Positions 27,319 through 37,460 of a DNA stretch of 64,000 nucleotides are shown here, piece by piece; within the stretch, counting starts at the first letter, position 1, and each line of letters starts with the position of its first letter. A program made the position numbers and the translations under genes. The notes under the pieces are model-generated. The model ran no database searches. It saw nothing but the letters and a program-made list of their open reading frames with translations, and was not told the DNA's origin. The stretch is from NCBI GenBank assembly GCA_965216465.1, contig CBDCFW010000006.1, forward strand, positions 512,001 to 576,000, read 5' to 3'. Source of the stretch: Bacteroidia bacterium. Its GTDB lineage: Bacteria > Bacteroidota > Bacteroidia > NS11-12g > UBA9320.

Positions 27319-28071
27319 ATGCAAATTAAGGTAGGGTTTGATAATAATTGCGAAATGGGTTCACACCATTTTCGTTTCCCTGTTTTAATACTTCTTACTT
27401 TTTGCACACTTTTTTCTTTCGCTCAGGTACCAAAAGAGGCCTGGACTATCGGTCCAGAAATTTCATCAAATGGTATAGGCCTCAGCTTTGTTTCGAACTT
27501 AGAGCCTGTAAATCAAAGAACGGATTATTGGTCGATCAGCATGAGTACACTCAAACATGACAAGGAGCTTAAGGTGCAAAATCCCAATTTTATCAATCCA
27601 AAACCGTACATCTATGGCAAGCAGAATGCCGCAGCAGTGGTACGTGCTAACTTAGGAAGTTCTATTTCTTTAGCAGGACGAGGTGAGCAAAATGTTTCTC
27701 ACTTAATTGGTTTTGAAGTGGGACCAAGCATTGCCATCATAAAACCGTACTATGTTTACACGCAAGAGTTAGATAATCAGCGTTTCAACCCTACTCTTGA
27801 CATCCAAGATCCATCAAACAAAGCCACACAAGAAAATGTGTTAAGTGCAGCGGGGTGGACCGAAGGATTGTCTGAGCTAACTGCTAATTTGGGCATCCAC
27901 CTCGATGTAAATTTAAAATCTGAATGGAATCAAACCTACAGAAAACAGCGTACAAAAACAGGCATTCGTTTGGACTATTTCTTTAACGACATTGGCATCC
28001 TTTACGGACAGGAAAATCAACTCTTTTTATCCTACTATTTGAGCTATCAAATTGGCGGGAATGGGCTTTAA
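27319..28071 (+). CDS. hypothetical secreted/outer-membrane beta-barrel-like protein
   Basis: Signal peptide ending FAQ, YIYGKQN, GPSIAIIKPYY; true start may be further downstream. Confidence 0.55.
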   Translation: MQIKVGFDNNCEMGSHHFRFPVLILLTFCTLFSFAQVPKEAWTIGPEISSNGIGLSFVSNLEPVNQRTDYWSISMSTLKHDKELKVQNPNFINPKPYIYGKQNAAAVVRANLGSSISLAGRGEQNVSHLIGFEVGPSIAIIKPYYVYTQELDNQRFNPTLDIQDPSNKATQENVLSAAGWTEGLSELTANLGIHLDVNLKSEWNQTYRKQRTKTGIRLDYFFNDIGILYGQENQLFLSYYLSYQIGGNGL

Positions 28072-28175
28072 TTTCAACGCTTATTAACCAAATAAGTATC
28101 TTGATTAAGTAAAACTTGGTTATGATAAATCTAAAACTAAATTTGTATGCTTTATTTTTATAAAACAGTTTACAC

Positions 28176-30932
28176 ATGAATAGAAAGATTACCTTATCAA
28201 TTATCGCATCTGCATTTGTTGTTGGAGCGGTCCTTATAAACTTGAATACGGAGTCTAAAAAATACTCTCCTCGAGTAGCCACTGAAGAATCTGTTGACGG
28301 TTATTTAGAATACCTAAATTCAATTCGAGCTAATCAACATACTGGTGTTGTTAGTCAGGAAGACGTCAATGCCGTTAGAGCAGAGATCGTAAGAGAAAAC
28401 AGAAAATTAAACAAGGTAGATTGGCCAATGAAATGGGAATTTGCCGGTCCAGATAATATTGGTGGACGTACAAAGAGTTTGGTTATCGATAATACTAATC
28501 CAAACATCTTATATACCGGCGGTGTTTCTGGAGGCATCTTCAAATCTACCAACAGAGGTGGTTCATGGGTTCCCGTAGGATTAGACAGTGATTTCTTTGG
28601 TATTTCATGCATGGCTCAAACATCAGGGGGAACTGTGTTTGCAGGTACTGGTGAAAGAGGTATTCAAATAAACAACCCAAGTGGGCAAGAAACCTTTACT
28701 CCAACATTTAATGGTAGTGGAATTTATGCTTCTACGGATGGAGAGACTTTTAATTTACTTAATAACACAACTGGATTTGGGAACATAAATGTATTGGTTT
28801 CTCACCCAACACAGAACGTTATTCTTGCAGGTACTACTGGAGCGTTGAGATATTCTGATGACGATGGTCAATCTTGGACTACCATTCGTGGAGGTTCTTG
28901 CAAAGACATCGCAATCAATGAAAATGGTGTAGCCTTAGTTTATATCGGAAGCGTTGTATACCGTGTTGATGATGTATTTGATCAGGACCAATATGTATCC
29001 GCAAACATTATTACTCAGATTGGAGCCAATCAAAGATGTGCTTCAGCTTGGGCACACGATGATCCTAACTACTGTTATATAGTTTCTGTTGGAACAATCT
29101 CGACATCTTTAGCACCTGCTGGGGCAAATCTCAGAGGCTTAACAGGATTGTTTAGATCGACTGATGCGGGTAAGACTTGGACTGAAGAAGTAAATGAAGC
29201 TAGTCAATACTTCGCACCTTTCACCAATATTGGAACCAACACACAAGGAGTATGGGATATGTGTATTGCAGTTGACCCTAACGATAAAGACCGTGTGTTT
29301 ATTGGAGGTGTAGATTTTGCTGAATGGACGCTTGAAGAAGGTCCACAGATTGTAGGATCTAAATTTGGAGGAAGAAACAATCCTTTTGTAATTCACTCAG
29401 ATAAGCACTTAATCACATTTGACAAGACTGGAGACTTCCCAATTATGTACATCTGTACGGATGGAGGAATTTATAAAACAACCAATGAAGAGTTGAACAA
29501 CTACGCCGAGATTAATACCGGATTTACTACAACTCAATTCTATGGAATTGCTGCTTCTAGAGAAGGTAGAGTTTTAGGTGGAACTCAAGATCAAAACACT
29601 ATTTTAATTACCAATGAGTCATTCCCTCGTAAGAAAGGAATTGATGTACTCGCTGGTGACGGTTTCCAAGCTGAAATATCAGAATATGACCCTAACATCA
29701 TGTTTGGAGAGTCGTACAATGGTACTGTAAGACGCTCGATTGTTGGAGGAACTGAAATGGCTACCTTCTGGGATAACAGAATTAGAAACGCTTTTGATGG
29801 AGCTTCATCTCCAAATAGTATCTTTAACACTCCTTTAGAATTATGGGAAGAGCAGCTGTACGTTGACAGTGCAAAAATCTACGGTCCAAACGACGATTGG
29901 AATAACATCATGAAGTCTCGATTCTTCATGCCGTTTAGATCTGGAATCTTTATGTGTAACAACGTTTTAAGAGATGCTCACAATCCTGAAGATCCTTCAG
30001 ATGAAAGAATTCGTTGGTTTAAGGTTTCAGACATTCCAACTCCTAGTCAACAAAGTGAGGTGTCACAAATTGAATCTTCAGCCGATGGAAACCACCTATT
30101 CGTAGCTAAAAACAATGGTGAGATTTTCAGAGTTGACAATTTAAATGCTGTATCTTTTGATACAACTTCTTTACCAAAATGGAATGATATCGCTGACACT
30201 TTAGTAACGACTAAGATTAATGGAAATATGAATATTAGCGGTCGAGACTTTACAAGTATTGCAGTTGACAAGAATAATGCAAATCACGTTGTGGTTACAC
30301 TTGGGAACTATGGAAACAGTACCTATGTGTTTGCAACGGAAAATGCGCTAGATCCATCTCCAACATGGACGTCTATTCAAAATAACCTTCCAAGATTCCC
30401 AGTGTATCACGCTGTTATTAGCAACGATGATCCTGATGTAATCGTTCTTGGAACTGAATTCGGCATGTGGGGTACCACCAACGGAACGAGCTCTTCACCA
30501 AATTGGGTTCAAGTAATGGACGGACAAGATGCTGATGTTCCTTTCCCAACTGTACCTGTTCTTTCAGTTGTTCAAGTACAAGACAAGCCTTGGTCTGGAC
30601 CAGTAATCTACGCCGGAACACACGGAATGGGTATCTGGAAAAGTGGTTCGCTTCTTACGAACGTAGAAGAGGACGAAGAAGAAACTGTTGTTAAACCAAA
30701 AATTTCTGCATTCCCTAACCCGGCAAACAATGTTGTTCACCTTAGCACATCAGTTAAGGGATCATATGTACTTAAAGTATACAACATGAGCGGTCAAGAA
30801 GTAATTATTACTGAAGGCACAAGCAACGGAAGAATCACGGTTAAAACCGATAGACTTGTATCTGGTAACTACTTTGTAGAAATCGTAGGAAGAAACGATA
30901 AAGCTGTTTCAAAAATTATTGTACAGCATTAA
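28176..30932 (+). CDS. T9SS type-A cargo with BNR/Asp-box (sialidase/VPS10-like) propellers
   Basis: GPDNIGGRT, repeated S.D.G.SW Asp boxes, GGTQDQ, GTHGMGIW, C-terminal FPNPA...G.Y...KII sorting domain. Confidence 0.85.
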   Translation: MNRKITLSIIASAFVVGAVLINLNTESKKYSPRVATEESVDGYLEYLNSIRANQHTGVVSQEDVNAVRAEIVRENRKLNKVDWPMKWEFAGPDNIGGRTKSLVIDNTNPNILYTGGVSGGIFKSTNRGGSWVPVGLDSDFFGISCMAQTSGGTVFAGTGERGIQINNPSGQETFTPTFNGSGIYASTDGETFNLLNNTTGFGNINVLVSHPTQNVILAGTTGALRYSDDDGQSWTTIRGGSCKDIAINENGVALVYIGSVVYRVDDVFDQDQYVSANIITQIGANQRCASAWAHDDPNYCYIVSVGTISTSLAPAGANLRGLTGLFRSTDAGKTWTEEVNEASQYFAPFTNIGTNTQGVWDMCIAVDPNDKDRVFIGGVDFAEWTLEEGPQIVGSKFGGRNNPFVIHSDKHLITFDKTGDFPIMYICTDGGIYKTTNEELNNYAEINTGFTTTQFYGIAASREGRVLGGTQDQNTILITNESFPRKKGIDVLAGDGFQAEISEYDPNIMFGESYNGTVRRSIVGGTEMATFWDNRIRNAFDGASSPNSIFNTPLELWEEQLYVDSAKIYGPNDDWNNIMKSRFFMPFRSGIFMCNNVLRDAHNPEDPSDERIRWFKVSDIPTPSQQSEVSQIESSADGNHLFVAKNNGEIFRVDNLNAVSFDTTSLPKWNDIADTLVTTKINGNMNISGRDFTSIAVDKNNANHVVVTLGNYGNSTYVFATENALDPSPTWTSIQNNLPRFPVYHAVISNDDPDVIVLGTEFGMWGTTNGTSSSPNWVQVMDGQDADVPFPTVPVLSVVQVQDKPWSGPVIYAGTHGMGIWKSGSLLTNVEEDEEETVVKPKISAFPNPANNVVHLSTSVKGSYVLKVYNMSGQEVIITEGTSNGRITVKTDRLVSGNYFVEIVGRNDKAVSKIIVQH

Positions 30933-30950
30933 GATTTAAAACTTACTTTT

Positions 30951-30980
30951 AAACCCAAGGCTCACACCTTGGGTTTTTTT
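30951..30980 (+). terminator. intrinsic terminator
   Basis: AAACCCAAGG-CTCACA-CCTTGGG-TTTTTTT. Confidence 0.85.
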
Positions 30981-31637
30981 ATGCCACTATACTTAATCAA
31001 GATACTCTCTTATATCTGGGATATTCCTATTGTTCGAACTGGATCCCCTTTAAATCCTTATTTAGAAGTAGTTTGGAGCCAAGGTAAGAAAATGCTTAAC
31101 ACCAAAGAGGCAAACTTTTCTTTTGGCAATGGTTATACAGTCTTTGACAAAGCAACAAAGGAAATTACCGAAGAGATTAAGCGAGCACAAGACATTTTGA
31201 TACTAGGCTTTGGTTGTGGAAGTATTCTTCACCTGCTTGAAAAGAATTTCGAATACAAGAATGCCCTTGTTGGAGTGGAATATGATAGCAAAATCATAGA
31301 ACTATTTAAAGCCCATTTCGCAGAAGACTACTCCTTGAACCCAAGCTTAATTGTAGCCGATGCCCAGAAATATGTTAACGCATGTCAAACTAATTTTGAC
31401 ATAGTTTTCATCGACCTGTTTCAAGAGCTGAACAATGTAGAATTCGTATTCGAAGAAGGTTTTATTAACCAGCTCGTCAAATGTGCGTCATCCGGATCAT
31501 TAGTTTTTAATATCACTTCTCGCAACGAGCAAGATGAAAAGCGCATTTCTGCTTTGATTTTGCAGTTAAGCAAACACTACAAAAACGTTTACACTGTCAA
31601 ATTTCAAGAATTTAATTGCATCCTAATCGCGAAATAA
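30981..31637 (+). CDS. spermidine-synthase-like class I methyltransferase
   Basis: ILILGFGCGS, GVEYD, ADAQ, FDIVFIDLF; ATG 30981 lies right after the terminator. Confidence 0.75.
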   Translation: MPLYLIKILSYIWDIPIVRTGSPLNPYLEVVWSQGKKMLNTKEANFSFGNGYTVFDKATKEITEEIKRAQDILILGFGCGSILHLLEKNFEYKNALVGVEYDSKIIELFKAHFAEDYSLNPSLIVADAQKYVNACQTNFDIVFIDLFQELNNVEFVFEEGFINQLVKCASSGSLVFNITSRNEQDEKRISALILQLSKHYKNVYTVKFQEFNCILIAK

Positions 31638-31717
31638 GACATTTTGTCTTGTTAATTCTTTGATTTTCACCGTATTGTGTCATTTTGTCTTATTTTTCCT
31701 GTTGGTACACAGATTGA
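31636..31717 (+). promoter_or_regulatory. sigma54-like -24/-12 element with upstream GACA-N3-TGTC boxes
   Basis: TGGTAC-N5-TTGA at 31703-31717; AAGACA-TTT-TGTCTT palindrome at 31636-31650 and a near copy at 31679-31691. Confidence 0.5.
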
Positions 31718-31732
31718 ACTAACAAGAGCAAA

Positions 31733-32170
31733 ATGAAAGTTATGAATATCAAAACCAGACCATCTCTAATTTCCGATATGTTAGTAGGAAATTTCGGAGA
31801 ACTAGTAAACGAGTTTTTACATGAAGATACAGTTAAAAGAGACATTTCTTTTAGACCAGCAATTGAATTGCGTGAGGAAGGAGATGTATTTGCTCTAGAC
31901 ATTGCATTACCGGGTGTAAAAAAAGAAGACATTAACATCGAAGTAGAAAATGACTACTTAACGATTTCTGGGGAGCGTAATTCCTTTAGTTCATCTGATC
32001 AAAACAAGACTCATGTAAGTGAGTTCAGATATGGTAAGTTTGAACGTAAGATAATGCTTCCAAAAAACGCCGAATCAAACAAGATTGAAGCGAAATTTGA
32101 GAATGGCTTATTACGCGTAGCTGTTCCAAAAAGAGAAGAAGCGAAAGCAAAATCAATTGAAATAAAGTAA
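31733..32170 (+). CDS. Hsp20/alpha-crystallin small heat-shock protein
   Basis: LPGVKKEDI, LTISGER, EFRYGKFER, AKFENGLLRVAVPK, IEIK tail. Confidence 0.93.
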   Translation: MKVMNIKTRPSLISDMLVGNFGELVNEFLHEDTVKRDISFRPAIELREEGDVFALDIALPGVKKEDINIEVENDYLTISGERNSFSSSDQNKTHVSEFRYGKFERKIMLPKNAESNKIEAKFENGLLRVAVPKREEAKAKSIEIK

Positions 32171-32200
32171 GGTTTTTTCATATTAGTTAGTTGGTTTAAG

Positions 32201-32231
32201 AAAAGAGGTTTGCTGGTCAAACCTCTTTTTT
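32201..32231. terminator. bidirectional intrinsic terminator
   Basis: AAAAGAGGTTTG-CTGGT-CAAACCTCTTTT between convergent genes. Confidence 0.85.
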
Positions 32232-32964
32232 ATTGAACCAAAACTAAGGTTCCTGTTCCGCGTTGAACGTTAATTTCTTTATAGTCTGTAGGCTCAGCAT
32301 AGTGCAGAATATTGCCTGAATTGAAAATTTTAACGAACAGTCCTTTGGTTGGATTGACTTTACAATCTAAAGGGGTATGCGTATCTAACAAAACTTCTTC
32401 TACAACCAATTCGCTTGCATCAAGATCTGAAATTTCTTCAATACTCCCCTTAAGCACTCTTGAACTTCCTTTGAGTTGCATATGTGCAGAATTAAGCGAC
32501 TTAACTTGAACTATGTTTGAACAATTCAGCGTTAAAGTCATATCCGATAAGGCCGAATGATAGATTGCAATGCTATCCACATGTAATGTGTCTGTATTGA
32601 ATACCGTAGCTATGGATTCAAGCTTTATTTCATTTAGCTGATGTACGTATGCCGTAATAATCAATTCATAATTGAAACTTCTTACAAAATTGCATGTATT
32701 GGTATTGACAATTCGCAATTGACCATCGACCACATCCGTTTTGATTTGCCCTAAGAGATTCTCCGGACCATATACTTCCAATTCTCCATTCTTTGCACTG
32801 TCTTGCACTAGGATAACTTGCATTCGATCTTCTACATAAAGTCTTGTGAATGGTTCAACAGACCGAACCTCGGTATTGTCATCTCCTAGCGAGGTAATGC
32901 AATCATCACGCTGCTCTTTCGAGCATGCAGCTATGAAAAATACTATGACAATCCAATACTTCAT
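32230..32964 (-). CDS. GIN/DUF2807 head-domain lipoprotein
   Basis: Lipobox IAAC, ENLL..I...V.DG.L.I, NTCNFVR, beta-solenoid repeats. Confidence 0.75.
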   Translation of the reverse strand: MKYWIVIVFFIAACSKEQRDDCITSLGDDNTEVRSVEPFTRLYVEDRMQVILVQDSAKNGELEVYGPENLLGQIKTDVVDGQLRIVNTNTCNFVRSFNYELIITAYVHQLNEIKLESIATVFNTDTLHVDSIAIYHSALSDMTLTLNCSNIVQVKSLNSAHMQLKGSSRVLKGSIEEISDLDASELVVEEVLLDTHTPLDCKVNPTKGLFVKIFNSGNILHYAEPTDYKEINVQRGTGTLVLVQ

Positions 32965-34037
32965 TTTTTTACTAAATAGGTTAAACCCATCTCAAAGTAG
33001 TCAGCCACACCTCTATGAAACTTCAATGCGCCTTGCAGTTTAAATCGTTCTGACATGTTATAAATAACGCCCATGCGCTGATAAAAAGGGTCTTTTAATG
33101 TGCTTGGTTTATACACGTATGCTCCAAGTTCGCCATAGGCTCCTACCTTACCGAAATTCCACTCGTAGCCTGCTGCTAAGCCAAGCTCAAGTTGGTCACC
33201 AAAACTTACTGAATCAAGTGGAAATATTGGATTCTCTGTGTACTTATAGGTTTTATCTAATGTTGCATCTAAACCACCTCGAATAGCACTAACAGCTGAA
33301 ACAGCCCTCAGTGCCTTTACTTGAACTCCTTTGTGATAAAAATCAACTGGATTTGCAAAGTTTCGCTGCTTCTTACCGTAAATAGCTGTTGCTGCTATTC
33401 TCCATTGTTGAAGAGCCATTTCAGAGGATTCAGACTTAAACTGCTCACCATTTCCTTCTAAACCATAACGTAAAAAAAGTGCAGGCATGTTGTAGCCAAG
33501 ATTAGGCATTTTATACGCCGCGTTAGAATAGTGCGATATCCCAATTCCATATTCAATATAACTGTTCCATTTTTCGATTGGCCTATTAAGAAGAAGTGAG
33601 AATTGCATACTTCCGTTAAGACCACTTCCTATTGCCTGATTTCGTCTGTTCTCATATGGATCAAAATATTCGGTTAAATACCCTAACCCGGCACCCATTC
33701 TGAAATAACCAGAAGTCTTTGCAACGTTAAATACATTGAACTTGGCATGCATAAATGCCCCATATCCACTGCCTGTGATTTCATTTCCAATGTTGTAGTA
33801 CAAAAAGCTATAGCCAATAATCGGTTTGCGGTAATGTTGACCCCATGAGGTGCTTGACGCATCGCGTTCATAGGCTAACTCTAAACCAAAATTATGAGCA
33901 GCTAAATGTTTGATATCGGCACGATGTGCCAGCAGAAATCCAGGGGTATATCCAACAGCAAAATAGTTAGCCCTGTTTTGGGCAAATGACCAGCAAAAGC
34001 ACATGGTCAAGCATAATAATGCTGTTAGTCGATTCAT
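32961..34037 (-). CDS. acyloxyacyl hydrolase (PagL-like) family outer-membrane protein
   Basis: N.AIGS, HYSNA..PNLGYN catalytic-type motif, H...ADY C-terminal barrel. Confidence 0.75.
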   Translation of the reverse strand: MNRLTALLCLTMCFCWSFAQNRANYFAVGYTPGFLLAHRADIKHLAAHNFGLELAYERDASSTSWGQHYRKPIIGYSFLYYNIGNEITGSGYGAFMHAKFNVFNVAKTSGYFRMGAGLGYLTEYFDPYENRRNQAIGSGLNGSMQFSLLLNRPIEKWNSYIEYGIGISHYSNAAYKMPNLGYNMPALFLRYGLEGNGEQFKSESSEMALQQWRIAATAIYGKKQRNFANPVDFYHKGVQVKALRAVSAVSAIRGGLDATLDKTYKYTENPIFPLDSVSFGDQLELGLAAGYEWNFGKVGAYGELGAYVYKPSTLKDPFYQRMGVIYNMSERFKLQGALKFHRGVADYFEMGLTYLVKK

Positions 34038-34046
34038 TTTTTGTAA

Positions 34047-35831
34047 TTATTGCCATCGTCTCCTTCTGTACAATGCGTTCAGAAGTCCAAATAGAATTAC
34101 AGCTAATATAGGAAGAACCATATTAATCGTTTGCCACTTAATTCTTTCCCGTTTGATTCGGTTTTTGTCGAGCAGTCGTAAAATAACTTCTCTATTTCTT
34201 ACTTCGATTAAGTTGCTTTCATCACATAGAAAATCTACGCAGTTTAAAAAGAATTTCTTGTTTGCAAACTCAACTGGGGCACCAAAATTTTGAGTGGCAT
34301 AGCGATCATAACCTAAAGGATAGATTCTGCTTCCATCACTTGAAATCTGGTTACGAATCAAATCACCATCACCAATAACAATCATGCTGTTATTGTCAAT
34401 TTGGCTTTTATAATCGAGGTCAAAAGCTCGCTTTACCCCTTCTCGATGTCTAAAAGGACTTGCGAAACTTCCTTCAACCAAAACGGCTGAAATCTGTCCT
34501 CCTTTATTAAAGTTTCGCGGATCAGGTCGAACCTTGAGTAAATCAAGTGAGATCATAACAGGATTATGAGCAACTCTTGAGTTTGCAGATGATTTAAGCA
34601 AAACAGTCTTTTTAAGTGTCTGTCTGGCCGTAGTGTCCATCGTGCTACAATACTGGCCCCAAACATTTTCAAGGTTTCTTGTTATTGGATTATCATCAGC
34701 TGGGTTATATAGTGGATAGAAAACCCATGGCCAAAACCCAGTTCTATTGGTTTGTTGGTTTATTGCTGGGATACCATGGCATTGTAAGTCTTGAACTAGG
34801 GTAGGTTGAACTTTTACTCCATAGTGAAAAAGCAAGTCGTCCAAGTTATGTTCGTGATTGGCCGTCATAACCCGACCGTATTTGGCCACGGAATCCATCT
34901 CCGCTACCAGGCTCTCAACCAAGAAAATAACCTTTCCACCATTCATTACATATTGGTCGATTACAAACTTCTCAGGTTCAGTAAACTTGGTAATCGGTTT
35001 GGCAATGATTAGCCCAGAATAGTCTTTCAGTCTTCTGATAAGCGATTCAACAAATACGCTTACCACAGGTCTATCTGGATTGGCAGCTACCTCTTTAGTG
35101 AACATCTTGTAACAGTTAGAATCGGTTAGATTAATGTTAATCCGTTCAACTTCGTAAAACTCACTTAAGGCATTGGCAATATCTGCAGTTTCCTCTATGC
35201 CCAACTCGCCATGACCATCGGTAAAGGCCAATTTTAAACTTCTTCCGGCAACTCCTTTTCTTAACACATTACCAATTTCGTATTCGAGCAGTTCGATAGA
35301 CCCATTGATTTCTTGTTCCAATGGGCTTCCAAATTCCCTTTTAAGCAAGTTTAGAGGATATTCTACGCCTTTGTAAAACACAACCCCAGCAGGGATAATA
35401 TACTTGCCTGTTGGAGCTTCATCAGGCTTTAAATCTGGCTGCTCAATTTTAAGTCCTTTTTGATAGAGCTCTTGAAGGATTTTTTCTTTCTCTTTCGTCT
35501 CCTTGTCGCCTAATAGGTCTTCAAACTCAAAGTTGATTAGCCCATCTGACTCCAGACTGAACTCATTAAGCATATCACGCGTTGATGACTTCAAGCGTTT
35601 ATAGTCGAGAGGCAGGTCTCCATCAAGGTAAATTGTAAAGTATACTTCTTCATCGATTTTACCAATCAGATTCTTAGTGGATTCAGAGAGCGTATATCTC
35701 CCCTCTTTCGTAAGGTCGAATCGCTTATAGAACGAGTCTGAAATAATATTAACCAAAACAATGGCTGCAAAAGCAATAATTGCTTTTCCTATAATCTGAG
35801 ATCGTTTTTTGTTATTCTTGGTCTTGCTCAT
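34047..35831 (-). CDS. gldG: gliding-motility ABC transporter substrate-binding protein GldG
   Basis: RFDLTKEGRYTLS, GHGEL, IDQYVMNGG, GDGDLI.N, NKKFFLN, WQ.IN; follows gldF. Confidence 0.92.
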   Translation of the reverse strand: MSKTKNNKKRSQIIGKAIIAFAAIVLVNIISDSFYKRFDLTKEGRYTLSESTKNLIGKIDEEVYFTIYLDGDLPLDYKRLKSSTRDMLNEFSLESDGLINFEFEDLLGDKETKEKEKILQELYQKGLKIEQPDLKPDEAPTGKYIIPAGVVFYKGVEYPLNLLKREFGSPLEQEINGSIELLEYEIGNVLRKGVAGRSLKLAFTDGHGELGIEETADIANALSEFYEVERININLTDSNCYKMFTKEVAANPDRPVVSVFVESLIRRLKDYSGLIIAKPITKFTEPEKFVIDQYVMNGGKVIFLVESLVAEMDSVAKYGRVMTANHEHNLDDLLFHYGVKVQPTLVQDLQCHGIPAINQQTNRTGFWPWVFYPLYNPADDNPITRNLENVWGQYCSTMDTTARQTLKKTVLLKSSANSRVAHNPVMISLDLLKVRPDPRNFNKGGQISAVLVEGSFASPFRHREGVKRAFDLDYKSQIDNNSMIVIGDGDLIRNQISSDGSRIYPLGYDRYATQNFGAPVEFANKKFFLNCVDFLCDESNLIEVRNREVILRLLDKNRIKRERIKWQTINMVLPILAVILFGLLNALYRRRRWQ

Positions 35832-36553
35832 TTTCTTCCTTCAAGCTTTAAATGAGTTAAACCTAAAAAAACTGTATTCACCGATACGAAGTAGATAATG
35901 TCTCGTGTATCAAGCACTCCTCTACTGATAGAATCGTAGTGGTATTGAATTCCTATCCATTGCACTAAATGGTCGAAGCTTCCAAAGAGTGACAAATTGC
36001 TAAGTTGTTGAAAACCAACATAAAAGAAGAAGCAGAGGAACATTCCTAAGATAAAAGCTACAATCTGATTTGGTGTTGCAGCTGAAGCAAACAATCCAAT
36101 GGAAGCGTAACAGCTTCCCAATAAAATCAAACCGATATAGCTTCCCCAGGTGGCACCGATATCGATGTTACCTTTAGGCAGACCTAGCTGATAAATTGAA
36201 TAGAAATAAATCAACGTTGGGACCACAGCAAATAAGACCAAACAAACAGCGGCTAAGTACTTTCCAAGAATTATCTGAAATGGACTTATGGGTTTGGTTG
36301 AAAGTATTTCGAACGTACCTTGCTTAATTTCTTCTGAAAAAGAACGCATAGTAATCGCGGATATTAAGAATATAAATATCCAGGGAGCCATTCCAAACAG
36401 TGTATCGAGGTTAGCATAGCCCAGAGTCAATACATTTCCGTCGGCAAACACCCATGTAAATAATCCAATAAAAAGCAGGAACACCATGATTACAACATAG
36501 GCAATCAATGAACTCAAAAAGCTCCGTATTTCCTTTAAAAATATGCTATACAT
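35828..36553 (-). CDS. gldF: gliding-motility ABC transporter permease GldF
   Basis: KEIRSF, TMRSFSEE..QGT.E, NQIVAF, HY.SISRGVLDTRD. Confidence 0.93.
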   Translation of the reverse strand: MYSIFLKEIRSFLSSLIAYVVIMVFLLFIGLFTWVFADGNVLTLGYANLDTLFGMAPWIFIFLISAITMRSFSEEIKQGTFEILSTKPISPFQIILGKYLAAVCLVLFAVVPTLIYFYSIYQLGLPKGNIDIGATWGSYIGLILLGSCYASIGLFASAATPNQIVAFILGMFLCFFFYVGFQQLSNLSLFGSFDHLVQWIGIQYHYDSISRGVLDTRDIIYFVSVNTVFLGLTHLKLEGRK

Positions 36554-37460
36554 TCTTTGTTAACTGCTGGAAAATTGATTCTAAACTTTCCAATTGTTCT
36601 TTTTGTTCTACAATGATTGTTTTGTTTTCAATCGCAAATTGAAATAATGCGGCTGGAAGATCGATTTCTGCATTTGCGGTTACTCTGAAATGAATATCGC
36701 TAAGCTCATTAACGGAGCTAACTCCACTAATAGCTTTCAATTTATTTGCATCGATATTGTCGCGGAATTTAACTTCAACTGTTTTGCCTTCCTTGTGCAT
36801 TTTCTGCTTAATCGTTTCAACTTGATCATCGGCAACAATTTTTCCGTGGTTAATGATGATAACCCGATTGCACATCGCCTCAACTTCCTGCATAATATGC
36901 GAAGACAATAAGATGGTCTTATCCTTCCCGAGATCAATAATCAGCTGCCTGATCTCTTGCATTTGATTTGGGTCTAAACCGGATGTAGGTTCATCTAAAA
37001 TCAATACCTCTGGATTATTCAGCAACGCTTGAGCTAGCCCAACACGTTGCTTATATCCTTTAGACAACTGGCCTATTTTCTTTTTGCGTTCAAGTGTTAA
37101 GCCTGTAGTTTCAATTACCCGATTAACAGCAGCCTTACGGTCTTTTATGTTGTAAATCCTGGCATTAAAATCGAGATATTCCGTAACATACATATCGGTA
37201 TATAACGGGTTAAGTTCTGGAAGATATCCAATTCTTTTTTTGATTGACAAGCCTTCAGCCTCAACATCCATATTAAGCACTTTGGCCTTACCGGAAGAAG
37301 CTTGAATGTAGCCACTCAATATTTTCATAGTAGTACTCTTACCCGCTCCATTTGGGCCTAAAAATCCAACAATCTCTCCGGGCTCAATACTAAAAGAAAT
37401 AGCATCGATAGCCTTTTGTTCGCCGTATATTTTGGTAAGATTATCTACTAAGATCGACAT
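36546..37460 (-). CDS. gldA: gliding-motility ABC transporter ATP-binding protein GldA
   Basis: GPNGAGKSTTMK, LSKGYKQRVG, LDEPT, SSHIMQEVEA; overlaps gldF. Confidence 0.92.
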   Translation of the reverse strand: MSILVDNLTKIYGEQKAIDAISFSIEPGEIVGFLGPNGAGKSTTMKILSGYIQASSGKAKVLNMDVEAEGLSIKKRIGYLPELNPLYTDMYVTEYLDFNARIYNIKDRKAAVNRVIETTGLTLERKKKIGQLSKGYKQRVGLAQALLNNPEVLILDEPTSGLDPNQMQEIRQLIIDLGKDKTILLSSHIMQEVEAMCNRVIIINHGKIVADDQVETIKQKMHKEGKTVEVKFRDNIDANKLKAISGVSSVNELSDIHFRVTANAEIDLPAALFQFAIENKTIIVEQKEQLESLESIFQQLTKNV

